A stretch of 64,000 bases of DNA from Meiothermus sp. (GTDB lineage Bacteria > Deinococcota > Deinococci > Deinococcales > Thermaceae): contig JANRLD010000025.1 of NCBI GenBank assembly GCA_033762915.1, positions 12,488 to 76,487 on the forward strand, written 5' to 3'. The notes beneath the pieces are model-generated. The model did not search any database and had not been told where the DNA came from. It was given only the letters and a program-made list of their open reading frames with translations. Below, one piece after another: positions 1-10,175 of the stretch; within the stretch, counting starts at the first letter, position 1; each line of letters starts with the position of its first letter. Both the position numbers and the translations under genes were made by a program.

Positions 1-1471
1 CGGAGGAGGACAGCAGTTGCAGCGCCTCGAGGGCCTCCGGGTGGGCGTACTGGCCCAGCACCGCCCGGTAGCGGACCACCGCCATCGCCAGCTGTTCGCG
101 CTCACCGCGCCCCCAGCCGGCCGAGGCCGCCCACAGCCCCGGCAGCAGCGAAAGGCGGCTGGGGTCCTGGGCCAGCAGTCGCAGCAGGGTCTCGAGCTTG
201 TGTGCACCCAGCGCGTGGTGGAGCTGCCGAAACAGGTCGTCGCGGAAATACTCGAGGGCCAGGCTGTGCAGGATGCGGGCCTCCTTGGCGGGCACCTGAG
301 GCAGCAGCGAGCGTAGCGAGGGACGCACCCTACTTTCCCCTACCGGGGTGAGCAGGGCACGCTCGGCCTGGGAAAGCTGCTCCAGACTCTTGCCCAGCAC
401 CTGCTCCAGCAGCGGGGTGGGGATGGCGGGGTCGGCCTCCGGCGAGAGCACCGCCAGGGCCTGCAACAGCGGGCGCAGGGTGGTGTCCTGGGCCAGCGCA
501 TCGCTGACCTGGGCTGGGGCGTTCTGACGCTCGCCGCGCTCGCTGCTGTAGGTCTCGAGCAGCACCAGCCGCGACAGCTCAGCGAAATTGCGCCCGGCCT
601 GGTTCACCAGCGCCTCTACCCGCTCGGGCGGCAGGTCGGGCACCCGGTCTTTGACGTAGCGGCGGGCCTCCGCCCGGCTAGGCGCGGAAAGCGGACTCCA
701 GGCCAGGCTGGGGGGCGGCTCGGACAGCCCGACCAGGTAAGGGACGGTGAGGCGGCGCAGCAACGGCTCGAGCCAGGCCGCCAGCCCCACCGGGTTGCCG
801 TCGGGGTCGCGCAGGCTGAGGCCCCCGATCTGCCCTTCGCGCTCGGCCCGCAGCAAGAGGGGCCTGCCGTGGGCATTGAGGGCCTTGGCCAGCTCGGCCC
901 GCAGTTCGTCCTGCAAGGCCGCCTGCAGCGCGTAGGGCTGGGTCGGGCTGAGCTGGGCCAGGGTGGTCTCCAGCTCCACCCCTATCTTTTCGGCCAGGGG
1001 GTAGAGGTGCTGCCCCAGTTCGCCCCCCAGGTTCACCATCAGGGTCTCGCCGCTGGCCCGCTCCACCGCCGAGAGCAGCACCCCCTTGCCGGTCACCGCC
1101 CCGCCGACCACCACCATCTGGGGCTTTTCGCCCTGCTCGAGACCCCGCACGAACTTTCGGAACAAGCGCCGCTTATCGCGCCCCAGCGCCCGCCGGGCCG
1201 ACTCGAGGGTCAGTTCGCTGGGCAGCTCAGGCGCCTCAAGGCCAGACTCGGTGTACAAATCGGCGATCACCTCGAACAGCCGCAGCTTCTCCTCGGGACT
1301 GCCCAGGTCTTTATACAGAATGTTCCGCACCGTCCCGGCCCGCCCGCCCCTCTCGGCGACGGCGGCCTCGAGCCATCTCAAGCTGCCTTTCTTGCCCCGA
1401 TGGTCGCGCCCGGTAAGGGTAGGGCGGAGGGTCTCAAGATGGGTTTGCCAGAGTGTACTAACATCGCTCAC
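1..1471 (-). CDS. Large hypothetical protein, N-terminal part (runs off window start); P-loop-like motif
   Basis: Read manually at both ends on the minus strand, in one frame from GTG at 1471 (MSDVSTLWQTHLETLRP...GTVRNILYKDLGSPEEKLRLF...MVVVGGAVTGKGVLL...EALQLLSSS at position 2). Absent from the ORF track, consistent with no stop in the window. Confidence 0.8.
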   Translation of the reverse strand, partial: MSDVSTLWQTHLETLRPTLTGRDHRGKKGSLRWLEAAVAERGGRAGTVRNILYKDLGSPEEKLRLFEVIADLYTESGLEAPELPSELTLESARRALGRDKRRLFRKFVRGLEQGEKPQMVVVGGAVTGKGVLLSAVERASGETLMVNLGGELGQHLYPLAEKIGVELETTLAQLSPTQPYALQAALQDELRAELAKALNAHGRPLLLRAEREGQIGGLSLRDPDGNPVGLAAWLEPLLRRLTVPYLVGLSEPPPSLAWSPLSAPSRAEARRYVKDRVPDLPPERVEALVNQAGRNFAELSRLVLLETYSSERGERQNAPAQVSDALAQDTTLRPLLQALAVLSPEADPAIPTPLLEQVLGKSLEQLSQAERALLTPVGESRVRPSLRSLLPQVPAKEARILHSLALEYFRDDLFRQLHHALGAHKLETLLRLLAQDPSRLSLLPGLWAASAGWGRGEREQLAMAVVRYRAVLGQYAHPEALEALQLLSSS

Positions 1472-1701
1472 GATAATTACACTATATCAGAGCCAGCCCT
1501 ATCGGAGCGGCGGGCTCGGCGCTATCAACCCTACACACCTGGCTCGAGCCGGACGCGGGAACACCATCGGGTTCGTTGCTCGAGCCTCGAGGTCTGGCTT
1601 GCCGACCGGCCCGTACCGCAGATTAACCCTCCATTGCGTTCCTCAAGCCCGACCTCCCGTCCATCAGCCCCGGCTCATCATTGCCCTGATATGATTGAGG
1701 C

Positions 1702-2238
1702 ATGAGACGCCTTCTCGCGCTCCTCACGCTGGTGACGGGCCTGGCCTTCGCCCAGGTGCCGGCCTACAACGAAAACACCGTGGGTCTGGGTTTTGGGATC
1801 AGCCCGCTGAACAGCGGGCGGCCCAACATGCTGATCGTGCAGGGCAGCTTCGGTCTGCCCTTCAGCCCGCTGGGGATCGACACCGGCCTAGAGGTCGAGG
1901 GGCTGGTCCCCACCAGCTTCGACGGCATAGAGATCTGGGCCATGGTTAAGGCCAATCTGCTGCCCGCCCTGGTGGTGGCCGACCTGCCGCTGTCGGTGGG
2001 CCTGGGGCTGGACTTGAGCTTCGACACCCGCGCCTCGGTCTTCGGCACCCACCTCGGCCCCATCGCCACCTTGGAAATCCCCGGCGGGGCCCTGTCGGGC
2101 TACCTGGGGCTCGGCCTCGAGGGCGGCTTCAACCTGGCCTATGGCCTGGCCGGGCGCCTCTACCTCGACCCGGTAGCGCTCGAGCTAGGCCTCTCCGACC
2201 GCTACGCGCTCAAGATCGCCGTGCTGTATCTGTACTGA
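1702..2238 (+). CDS. Secreted protein, probable small outer-membrane beta-barrel
   Basis: Signal peptide MRRLLALLTLVTGLAFA/Q, alternating Gly/hydrophobic strands, aromatic C-terminus (AVLYLY); TATGAT 6 nt before ATG. Confidence 0.65.
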   Translation: MRRLLALLTLVTGLAFAQVPAYNENTVGLGFGISPLNSGRPNMLIVQGSFGLPFSPLGIDTGLEVEGLVPTSFDGIEIWAMVKANLLPALVVADLPLSVGLGLDLSFDTRASVFGTHLGPIATLEIPGGALSGYLGLGLEGGFNLAYGLAGRLYLDPVALELGLSDRYALKIAVLYLY

Positions 2239-2350
2239 AGTCGTACATCGTACGCGAAACGTTGAAAGCCAGGCACGGCGGGCTCGAGACGGGGTGATGG
2301 TGCCCCCTCGAGCCCGCCTTGAGTTTTCGACGACCTACAACGGAAGAAGC

Positions 2351-2833
2351 CTAGCGAAAAATCATGCAGGTCGTGGTGGAGTGGGCATAGACCTTGCCCG
2401 CCCCATCTTTGATGTAACCCTCGGCGGTGGCCTGCCGTCCGCCCAGGTAGATCACGCGTCCCTCGCAAAAAACCTCGCCAGTCTGAGCAGTCATGGGCCG
2501 GAGGTAGTTCACCTTCAGCTCGAGAGTGGTGTAGCCCACCCCTTTGGGCAGTTGGGAGTGGACCGCGCAGCCCATGACCGAGTCCAGCAGAGTACACGCC
2601 ACGCCCCCATGGACGCTGCCGATGGGGTTGTAGTGGTACTCGGCGGGCGTGAACCTAAAGACCACCCGCCCTGCCTCCACCTCGTGCGGCTGGAAGTTCA
2701 TCAGCTGGCCGATGGGGGGCCAGGGCAGCTCGCCGCGCTGCATGGCCTGTAGGTACTCGAGGCCGCTCAGGTCGCGGGCGGCACTCGCGCCGATCATGGG
2801 GTCTTGCCAGGTGAAGCTACGCTCGCGGGTCAT
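2351..2833 (-). CDS. PaaI-family hotdog thioesterase
   Basis: NPIGSVHGGVACTLLDS and TLELKVNYLRP motifs; start overlaps the TetR stop. Confidence 0.9.
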   Translation of the reverse strand: MTRERSFTWQDPMIGASAARDLSGLEYLQAMQRGELPWPPIGQLMNFQPHEVEAGRVVFRFTPAEYHYNPIGSVHGGVACTLLDSVMGCAVHSQLPKGVGYTTLELKVNYLRPMTAQTGEVFCEGRVIYLGGRQATAEGYIKDGAGKVYAHSTTTCMIFR

Positions 2834-3405
2834 GGTTGCTCCTTGAGGTGCCGGCGGTTGAGCCGGAGGATTTCGTCGCTGAGGCCGGGATCGGAGGCGG
2901 CTCGAGCCAGCACCATTGCCCCGACCATGCTCGAGAGCATCAGCACCGCCTGGTGCCGACGCTCGGCCTCGTCTTCTCCGGGCATCCAGACACTCAGCCG
3001 GCTAAGGACATCGCCCACTGCCTCTCCCAGTGCGGCCCGGACCTCCGGGCCGTGCCGCACCAGTTCGGGCGAGAGGATGGGCAGGGCACAGCCGGTCTCG
3101 GGGTTGTCGCGGTGCGAGCGGCTCAGGTACTGGTTGACCAGCAGGGACAGGCGTTCAGGCAGCGGGAGCGCCTCGAGCTTTTCGGCGAAGTCGTCCCAAA
3201 TCTCCCGCAAGCCCTGCCGCACCGACTCTGCCAGCAGTTGCTCCTTGCTCTCGAAGTGGGCGTAGAACCCCCCGTGGGTCAACCCTACCGCCCGCATCAC
3301 CTCCGGTACACTGACCCCCCCCGCCCCCTTCTGGCGAAAAGCCCGTGTCGCTGCCGAGAGGATTCTCTGTCGGACGGCGGGCTTGTGGGTCTTGGGGTAG
3401 GGCAT
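2830..3405 (-). CDS. TetR/AcrR-family regulator
   Basis: N-terminal HTH ILSAATRAFRQKG...VMRAVGLTHGGFYAHFESKEQL. Confidence 0.92.
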   Translation of the reverse strand: MPYPKTHKPAVRQRILSAATRAFRQKGAGGVSVPEVMRAVGLTHGGFYAHFESKEQLLAESVRQGLREIWDDFAEKLEALPLPERLSLLVNQYLSRSHRDNPETGCALPILSPELVRHGPEVRAALGEAVGDVLSRLSVWMPGEDEAERRHQAVLMLSSMVGAMVLARAASDPGLSDEILRLNRRHLKEQP

Positions 3406-3425
3406 AATATGATTATTATCATATT
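3406..3425. promoter_or_regulatory. Probable TetR autoregulatory operator
   Basis: Perfect palindrome AATATGAT-TATT-ATCATATT abutting the tetR start codon and overlapping a minus-strand TTGACT-N18-TATGAT promoter. Confidence 0.65.
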
Positions 3426-3520
3426 TTCAAACATCGGGCAGAGTCAAGCAGTGCGGCCAGGGCGCAGGGAAAGCCGGACGAGTCGGGGAACAGTCACACC
3501 GGGTGAGCGCATCCCTCTGA

Positions 3521-3670
3521 GCGGTTCCCACCCATACTCCCTACGGCGCTAAAGCGGGCGGTTTTTGCTGTAGAGCGGTTGCCACGAACACTAACAGAAT
3601 CTCCGCTTTAGCGCACGCTTTAGCGCACGCTTTAGCGCAGCACTGTGGGCGGAGTATGGGTGGGAAACGC
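3521..3670. repeat. REP/MITE-like element copy 1 with internal 12-bp tandem repeat
   Basis: Arms GCGGTTCCCACCCATACTCC and GGAGTATGGGTGGGAAACGC (19/20 complementary); internal GCTTTAGCGCA(C/G) x3 at ~3605-3640. Confidence 0.75.
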
Positions 3671-3731
3671 GGTCTGTACCCCAAACAGCCCATTCTCATC
3701 AGGTGAACCCGTTATAGTAGCCCTTCGAGAT

Positions 3732-4580
3732 ATGCGACGCTCGAACGCCCAGTGGTTCGCCCTTCCAGCCGTCGGCCTGCTGGGGCTTTTTCTGTTGTAT
3801 CCATTTCTGGATGTGATTCGCTTCTCGACCTGGGACTGGTCCGGGCTTTCCGACCCCCGACCGATCGGGCTCGAGAATTACGCCACCATCTGGCGCGATC
3901 CCGACTTCTGGGGCAGCCTGCGCATCACCCTAATCTTCGGGGTGATGACCCTGATCCCCTTCGTGATTCTTTCGGTGCTGCTGGCTCTGGCGCTAGACGG
4001 GCAACCCTACGAGCGGGGGGTTAAGGCCCTGCTCTTCCTGCCGGGGCTGGTCACGCTGGGCGGGGCCACGGTGGCCTGGTACACCCTGTTCAGCCCAGAA
4101 TACGGGGCCCTGGCCTCGATCCTCCCGGTGCCCCGGTGGGACCAGAGCCAAGTCTGGGCCCTGATCCTGATCATGCTCTTCACCATCTGGCGGCACCTGG
4201 GCTACGGGGTGCTGGTGGTCTCGGCACGGCTTAAGGCCATCCCCAGGGCGCTGCTCGAGGCTGCCGCCGTGGACGGGGCCACCGCCTCCCAGGCCTTTCG
4301 CTTCATCACCCTGCCGCTGCTGCGCCCTGCCCTGACCTTTCTAGTGGTGATTGGAACGGTGCTCTCGCTGCAATCTTATACGGCCGTCTTCCTGCTAACC
4401 CGGGGCGGCCCCTTCGGCGGGACGGAGGTGTTGGGCTACTTCCTCTACAAGACCGGCTTCGAGTCTAGCCGCCTAGGCTACGCCGCCGCCCTCACGGTCG
4501 TGATTCTGATCCTCACCCTCAGCTTCGCGCTGGCCCAGGCCCGGCTGCTGCGCGGCAACGACGACCGGGAGAACGCATGA
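3732..4580 (+). CDS. Carbohydrate ABC transporter permease (UgpA/MalF-like)
   Basis: Multiple TM segments, EAA loop LLEAAAVDGATASQAFRFITLPLL; ATG 3732 preferred over 3645, which lies in the repeat. Confidence 0.9.
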   Translation: MRRSNAQWFALPAVGLLGLFLLYPFLDVIRFSTWDWSGLSDPRPIGLENYATIWRDPDFWGSLRITLIFGVMTLIPFVILSVLLALALDGQPYERGVKALLFLPGLVTLGGATVAWYTLFSPEYGALASILPVPRWDQSQVWALILIMLFTIWRHLGYGVLVVSARLKAIPRALLEAAAVDGATASQAFRFITLPLLRPALTFLVVIGTVLSLQSYTAVFLLTRGGPFGGTEVLGYFLYKTGFESSRLGYAAALTVVILILTLSFALAQARLLRGNDDRENA

Positions 4581-5371
4581 ACGCCCTCCGCCATGCCTTC
4601 GTCTTCGTGGTGGCCTTCCTGGTCGCGCTGCCCTTCATCTGGATGGCCTACGCGGCCTTCATCCCGCCCGAGCTGATCTTTTCGGGGAACATTCTGGGGC
4701 AGTTCGGGTTCAGCCTCGAGAACTTCGCGGTGCTGTCGCAGGGCGGGTTCTGGGAGGGCTTTTGGGGCCGCCTGCTCTACTCGGTGCTGCTGACTGGCGG
4801 CGTAACCTTACTGCAGCTGTTGACCGCCTTCCTGGCCGCCTACGCAATCCGCGAGGGGGCCAAGGTGCTGCCACTGTTCTTGATCATGATGGCCATTCCG
4901 GTGGAGCTGCTGCTGGTTCCGCTGTACGGGCTGCTGCAGAACCTGCGCCTGCTGGACAGCATCTGGGCCCTGATCCTGCCCTTCGCGGCCAGCCCCTTCA
5001 TCGTCTACCTGATGTTCCAGGGGATGCGCACGGTGCCCGAGGAGTTGCTCGAGGCGGCCCGCCTGGACGGTGCGGACCACCGCGTCCTGCTCAGCCAAAT
5101 CCTCTTCCCCCTCCTGCGCCCGCAGCTCATCGCCGCCGGAGTGCTGGCCTTCGCGGCCCACTGGAACCTGGTGCTCTACCCCCGCATCGTGGCGGGTTCG
5201 GACGACCTTAAGACGGTGCAGACCTGGATCACCGACCTTCAGCGCCAGAACCCCGCCGATTGGGGGCCGCTCTCGGCGGCGGCTCTGGCCGCGACGCTGC
5301 CCCTGGTAATCATCTACCTGATCTACGAGCGGCGTATTGTGGAGACGTTCGAAGAGGGCCTGAAGGGGTAG
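4577..5371 (+). CDS. Carbohydrate ABC transporter permease (UgpE/MalG-like)
   Basis: EAA loop VPEELLEAARLDGA; ATGA overlap with the upstream gene. Confidence 0.9.
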   Translation: MNALRHAFVFVVAFLVALPFIWMAYAAFIPPELIFSGNILGQFGFSLENFAVLSQGGFWEGFWGRLLYSVLLTGGVTLLQLLTAFLAAYAIREGAKVLPLFLIMMAIPVELLLVPLYGLLQNLRLLDSIWALILPFAASPFIVYLMFQGMRTVPEELLEAARLDGADHRVLLSQILFPLLRPQLIAAGVLAFAAHWNLVLYPRIVAGSDDLKTVQTWITDLQRQNPADWGPLSAAALAATLPLVIIYLIYERRIVETFEEGLKG

Positions 5372-5740
5372 GGCGCTGGAAACGGCAGCCAACGTCGCGC
5401 GACCCCCAAGGCTGCCGCGCGGCCAGAGATTGTGTGGTCGCCATTGGGTCTTCAAGGGCCGCGCGCAGAGGAGCGCTGTAAAGATCCCGTTATCCAAGCA
5501 CCGTCGGCATCACCGCATCGGGAAGTGCCTTCGACTTGGCCACAAGGGTCACTAGCCACGACTTCGCGGCGACCTGTCCCCCGTTGAGCGTTATCTGGCC
5601 TTGCTCTTGCTTTCCAAAACCTTGTCTTTTCCCTGGTTTGTGGCAGACTAAAGGGCGGCTCGAGGAGTTACCTCAACCCCCGAAGTCAATCCCTGACTCA
5701 AAACTTAGGTTCTTAATCCGGCGAATGGGATACTTGGAGT

Positions 5741-6949
5741 GTGAAGATGCGTCTAGCGGTGGTGGCGTTCATGGCGGGTTCGCTGGGTTTTGTGACGGCC
5801 CAGCGCACCGAGATTCAGTTCTGGCACACCTCCGGGCCGCCCGCCCAGGAGGTCCTCGAGGCGCAGATCAACGAGTTCAACAGCCGCCAGAGCGAGTACC
5901 GCATCGCGGCCCGATATGTCGGCGACTTCCGCGAGGGCGGGCTGCGGTTGCTGGCCTCGCTGCGCTCTGGTGGCGCGCCCGACCTCTTCCAGTCAGAAAT
6001 TTCCTTCCTGGGCCGGATGGTGCAGGACAACGTGGCGCTGCCCTTGGACGAGTACCTTGGCGGCATTCCCACCGACTTCTTCCCCGGCTTTCTGGGAACC
6101 GGCAGGTTCAACGGCAAGAGCTACGGGATGCCGCTGGGCCTCTCGGTCCCGGTATTCTTCTACAACGCCGACCAATTCAACGCCAGGGGCCTTGCCGCGC
6201 CCAAGAACTGGCACGACGTGTCCAACGCCGCCCACCGCCTGACCACCAGGGCTGCCAAGGGCTACACCATCTCCTCCGACATCTACAGCTTCAATGTGCT
6301 GGTGATGGCCAGGGGTGGGAGCATCATCAACGCCCAGGGCCGCCCGGACTTCACCAACGCCAAGGTAGTCGAGGCGCTGGAGTACCTGCAGAACATGGTA
6401 CGGCGCAACATCGCCCAGAGCCGCAACATCGCCGAGGCCCAGTTTAGCGTGGCGGACTTCCTGCGCACCCGCACCTTCATGGGCATCGCGCCCATCACCA
6501 CCTGGCCCCTGATCGAAGACCGCGCCCCAATTCCCTTTAAACTCGGCGTGGCCGCCGTGCCCCGCAGCGCCGACGGCAAGGTCCCGCTCGCCGGGGCCAC
6601 CCTGGTGGTACTGCGCGGGGCCAGCGAGGCCCAGACCAAAGGTTCGGTGGCCTTCTGGCGCTACTTGATGGAGCCGGCCCAGATCGCCCGATGGGTGCGG
6701 GCCACGTACTACCTGCCCATGCGCCGCGCGGCGATGCCCGCCCTCGAGACCTTCTTCGCCGAGGATCCGCGCCGCCGTCTGGCGTTCAGCCAGATCGAGC
6801 ACGCCGACGTGTGGATCCAAGACCCCGAGTTTACGGTCTGGTACACCTACCTCGAGGATGCCCTCGAGCGAGCCCTCAAGGGCGGCCAGGACGCCAGACA
6901 AGTGCTCGAGGACGCCCAGAAACGGGCCAACAGCGTTGAGCGCCGCTGA
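5741..6949 (+). CDS. Carbohydrate ABC solute-binding protein (UgpB-like)
   Basis: Signal peptide, TEIQFWH, GGAPDL and YGMP...FFYN motifs of family 1 SBPs. Confidence 0.88.
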   Translation: MKMRLAVVAFMAGSLGFVTAQRTEIQFWHTSGPPAQEVLEAQINEFNSRQSEYRIAARYVGDFREGGLRLLASLRSGGAPDLFQSEISFLGRMVQDNVALPLDEYLGGIPTDFFPGFLGTGRFNGKSYGMPLGLSVPVFFYNADQFNARGLAAPKNWHDVSNAAHRLTTRAAKGYTISSDIYSFNVLVMARGGSIINAQGRPDFTNAKVVEALEYLQNMVRRNIAQSRNIAEAQFSVADFLRTRTFMGIAPITTWPLIEDRAPIPFKLGVAAVPRSADGKVPLAGATLVVLRGASEAQTKGSVAFWRYLMEPAQIARWVRATYYLPMRRAAMPALETFFAEDPRRRLAFSQIEHADVWIQDPEFTVWYTYLEDALERALKGGQDARQVLEDAQKRANSVERR

Positions 6950-7015
6950 TCGAACTGGGCGGTTAGTGGTTGGCAACTGGGTTATGCTAAGCGCCAGTCG
7001 TTCACCGTCCGCCGC

Positions 7016-8062
7016 ATGAACACCGACGCCCCCGCCCCAACCCGCCCCGGCGAAGAACTCGATCGCTCGCGCCTCGAGCCCTACCTCCAGGCCAGCCTGG
7101 GGCTGGCGGGGGAGCTGGAGGTGGAGCAGTTTCCCAGGGGCTTCTCCAACCTGACCTACCTGATCCGGCTGGGCCACACCGAGATGGTGCTGCGCCGCCC
7201 GCCCTTCGGGACCACCGTCAAGACCGCGCACGACATGGGCCGCGAGTACCGCATCCTCTCAGCGCTCAAGCCGGTCTACCCCAAGGTGCCCAGACCGCTC
7301 CTCTACTGCCAGGACGAGACCATCCTGGGCGCCCCCTTCTACGTGATGGAGCGGCTGCACGGAGTGATCCTGCGGAATAAGCCCAGCCAGGACCTCACCC
7401 CCGAGCGGATGCACGGGCTGTCCGAGGCTCTGCTCGACGCACTGGTGGAGCTGCACCAGTTCGACTACCGGGCGGCAGGACTCTCCGACCTTGGTAGGCC
7501 CGAGGGGTACGTGGAGCGCCAGGTTTCGGGCTGGGCCAAGCGCTACGAGGCCGCCCGCACCGACGAGGTGCCCGGCATGGAGCGGGCCGTGCGCTGGCTG
7601 GCCGAGCACCAGCCCCGGACCTACGGGGCGGCCCTGATCCACAACGACTTCAAGTACGACAATCTCATGCTCGAGCCGCACCAGCCGACCAGGGTGGTCG
7701 CAGTGCTGGACTGGGAGATGGCCACCCTGGGCGACCCGCTAATGGACCTGGGAACCACCCTGGGCTACTGGGCGCAGGCCGACAGCCCGCCGGGGCTCAG
7801 GGGCTTCGGGCTGACCCACCTTCCGGGCAACCTGACCCGGGCCGAGCTGGCCCAGCGCTATGCCGAAAAGACCGGGGCCGATCTGAGCCACATCGTCTTC
7901 TACTACGTCTTCGGGCTGTTCAAGGTTGGCGTTATCATGCAGCAGATCTACGCCCGATACAAGGCCGGCAAGACCCAGGACGCCCGCTTCGGGGCGCTGA
8001 TTGGGCTGATCCACGAGACCGGCGGGATGCTCGAGGCGGCCATGGGGTCGAAGTCGCTGTGA
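7016..8062 (+). CDS. APH/choline-kinase-like phosphotransferase (ACAD10/11 N-terminal-like)
   Basis: [32 protein letters not shown] and [17 protein letters not shown] motifs. Confidence 0.88.
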   Translation: MNTDAPAPTRPGEELDRSRLEPYLQASLGLAGELEVEQFPRGFSNLTYLIRLGHTEMVLRRPPFGTTVKTAHDMGREYRILSALKPVYPKVPRPLLYCQDETILGAPFYVMERLHGVILRNKPSQDLTPERMHGLSEALLDALVELHQFDYRAAGLSDLGRPEGYVERQVSGWAKRYEAARTDEVPGMERAVRWLAEHQPRTYGAALIHNDFKYDNLMLEPHQPTRVVAVLDWEMATLGDPLMDLGTTLGYWAQADSPPGLRGFGLTHLPGNLTRAELAQRYAEKTGADLSHIVFYYVFGLFKVGVIMQQIYARYKAGKTQDARFGALIGLIHETGGMLEAAMGSKSL

Positions 8063-8293
8063 GACGAAGCGCAGAGGGCAGCGAGCCCAGGGGCCACCCC
8101 GCCGAGGCCGGTGTCGTTGCGGAATTACCAAGCGCGGCCCCGTCGCAGTTCGGTGGCTTTTGCCGAAGCGGGGGCTTTCGACCGCGCACATCACAACGGT
8201 CATAGATCGCTTACAGCAGGCTGAATCCGCGCAGAACAAACAAGGTTGAGTTCAACGGGAATCAGGACTCTAGCACAGTACCAGGGAGATCAC

Positions 8294-9142
8294 ATGGACT
8301 TTAGCGGCAAGGTAGCAGTCATTACGGGCGGGGCGGGCGGGATCGGGCGGGCGCTGGTAGAGCGCTGCCTCGAGCTGGGGATGAAGGTCGTTATCTCCGA
8401 TGTCAACGCGGGCGACCTGGCCAAGGCGGCGGGCGAACTCGAGGGCCGGGGCGAAATCCTGACCGCGCAGACCGACGTTTCCAAGCCCGAGCAGGTCGCG
8501 GCCCTGGCCGACGCGGCATACGCCAGGTTCGGGGCGGTACACCTGCTGTTCAACAACGCCGGGGTGTCTGACGGACGGCCCCTCTGGGAGAGCACGCCCG
8601 CAGACGTGGACTGGGTGCTGGGGGTCAACGTCAAGGGCATTCTGTACGGAATCCAGAGCTTCGTGCCCCGGATGATGGCTCAGGACGAGCCTTGCTGGGT
8701 GGTCAACACTGCCTCACTGGCTGGGCTGGTGGGCGGCTCCGGCTTCGGGATATACCGGGCCTCCAAGCACGCGGCGGTCTCGCTCTCCGAGACCCTGTAC
8801 CACGACCTGCGGCTGGCAAACACCAAGGTCGGGGTAGCGGTGCTCTGCCCGGCCTGGGTCAAAACCAACATCGTCCTCTCGAGCCGCAACCGGCCCGCCG
8901 GGGTTGCCGAGCCCAAGCTGGACGAGTACGGCCAGAAGATGGGCACAGTGATGGCGGGGGTGGTCAATGGCGGCATCAGCCCCCGGCAGGTCGCGCAGCG
9001 GGTGTTCGAGGCCCTCGAGCAGGGCCGGTTCTACATCCTCACCCACCCCGAGATGAACGGTGCGATCTACGTTCGGGGCAAGCAAATCCTCGAGGGCAGC
9101 CAGCCCACAGACACCTTCGCCAGCGCCTACCTGAGCCGCTAA
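8294..9142 (+). CDS. Short-chain dehydrogenase/reductase
   Basis: TGGAGGIG, NNAG and YRASK motifs; GGAG RBS before ATG 8294. Confidence 0.92.
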   Translation: MDFSGKVAVITGGAGGIGRALVERCLELGMKVVISDVNAGDLAKAAGELEGRGEILTAQTDVSKPEQVAALADAAYARFGAVHLLFNNAGVSDGRPLWESTPADVDWVLGVNVKGILYGIQSFVPRMMAQDEPCWVVNTASLAGLVGGSGFGIYRASKHAAVSLSETLYHDLRLANTKVGVAVLCPAWVKTNIVLSSRNRPAGVAEPKLDEYGQKMGTVMAGVVNGGISPRQVAQRVFEALEQGRFYILTHPEMNGAIYVRGKQILEGSQPTDTFASAYLSR

Positions 9143-9265
9143 GCACTTCAAGGGTTGACCTGCGGCGTACCGTCCCGAGAAGTCCGTTAAGGAGTTGTAC
9201 CCCTGCTGGCACCCCGGCACGTTTCCGCGGCGTTCGTTGGCCTCACGAATCTATGCTGGCGCACC

Positions 9266-10009
9266 TTAGTGCTGCGTCAGGTAGTAGTGGCTTAGCTCGC
9301 CCTCGAGCTGGTGCAACGCGCGCTGAACCGTGCTGCCGTGCAGGGGGAGCACCGCGTAGGCGCGGATCAGCATGTTCTGGCGGATGCGCCGGAAGACGAT
9401 CTGTGCGCCCTCGGTAGAGCTGCCCTGGAGAGCAATCAGGAACTGATCATCGCGCAGTTGGAATATTAGGTCGGGGGAGCGGACGTGCTGCAGCAGGTCT
9501 TCGCCCAGTTGCTCGGGGCGGGTGTGCAGCAGCAGCAGGGTGACGGGGCGCACCAAGGCCATGGCCTCGAGACTGGGCGCCAGCGAGTCGAGGGCCGAGG
9601 CGGTCAGGATCTGGCGCGGCTGCCTCCGCCGTTCCACAAAAGATTTTGGGGCTTCTTCCCCATCCTGGGTCTTGGGCTCCTTGAGGTTGAAGTACAGCCC
9701 GGCCAGGAAAAGCCCGCTGGCCAGCATACTGGCCAGCGCGGCGGCGGTGGCGATCTCCTCGGGCAGGTGGGCCAGGTCGCGGGCGGCCTCCACGGCCAGC
9801 ACCATGCCGATCAGGCTCAGCCCCAAGACCCACGAGAAGTTGGTTCGGGGGTTGGCACTTACCCGGGCAAAGATGCTGGCGGTGGCGGTGAAGAGCAACG
9901 CGGACAGCAGGAATATCACCCCAGGGTAGAGATTTTCTTGGCGTTGAAACATCCATAGCGGGGATAGACCCAAAATCAGAAATCCCCAGGGCAGTACCGA
10001 TAGCCACAT
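9266..10009 (-). CDS. Membrane protein with degenerate GGDEF-like C-terminal domain
   Basis: About 4 TM helices, then VRSPDLIFQLRDDQFLIAL resembling LRxxDxxxRxGGDEFxxxL. Confidence 0.6.
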   Translation of the reverse strand: MWLSVLPWGFLILGLSPLWMFQRQENLYPGVIFLLSALLFTATASIFARVSANPRTNFSWVLGLSLIGMVLAVEAARDLAHLPEEIATAAALASMLASGLFLAGLYFNLKEPKTQDGEEAPKSFVERRRQPRQILTASALDSLAPSLEAMALVRPVTLLLLHTRPEQLGEDLLQHVRSPDLIFQLRDDQFLIALQGSSTEGAQIVFRRIRQNMLIRAYAVLPLHGSTVQRALHQLEGELSHYYLTQH

Positions 10010-10175
10010 ACCCTCCCAGCATAGGTGAGGCCGGGATTAAGAGGGGCGCAAATGAACATATTCCGGCTGTTCTCAAGGGCATCGAAGTAACGGCTAGCGC
10101 TGGGCAGACCGGTCGTTTGCGGGCCGTCCGCAGGCTGCCGGGGGAGTCCGCAGCGCCTGCGGCAAAGGTCACGAC

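Noticed and set aside
3521..3670. Possible CRISPR array from GCGGTTCCCAC and 12-bp repeats
   Set aside because: Copies are inverted and dispersed, with no regular repeat-spacer period and no cas genes in the window.
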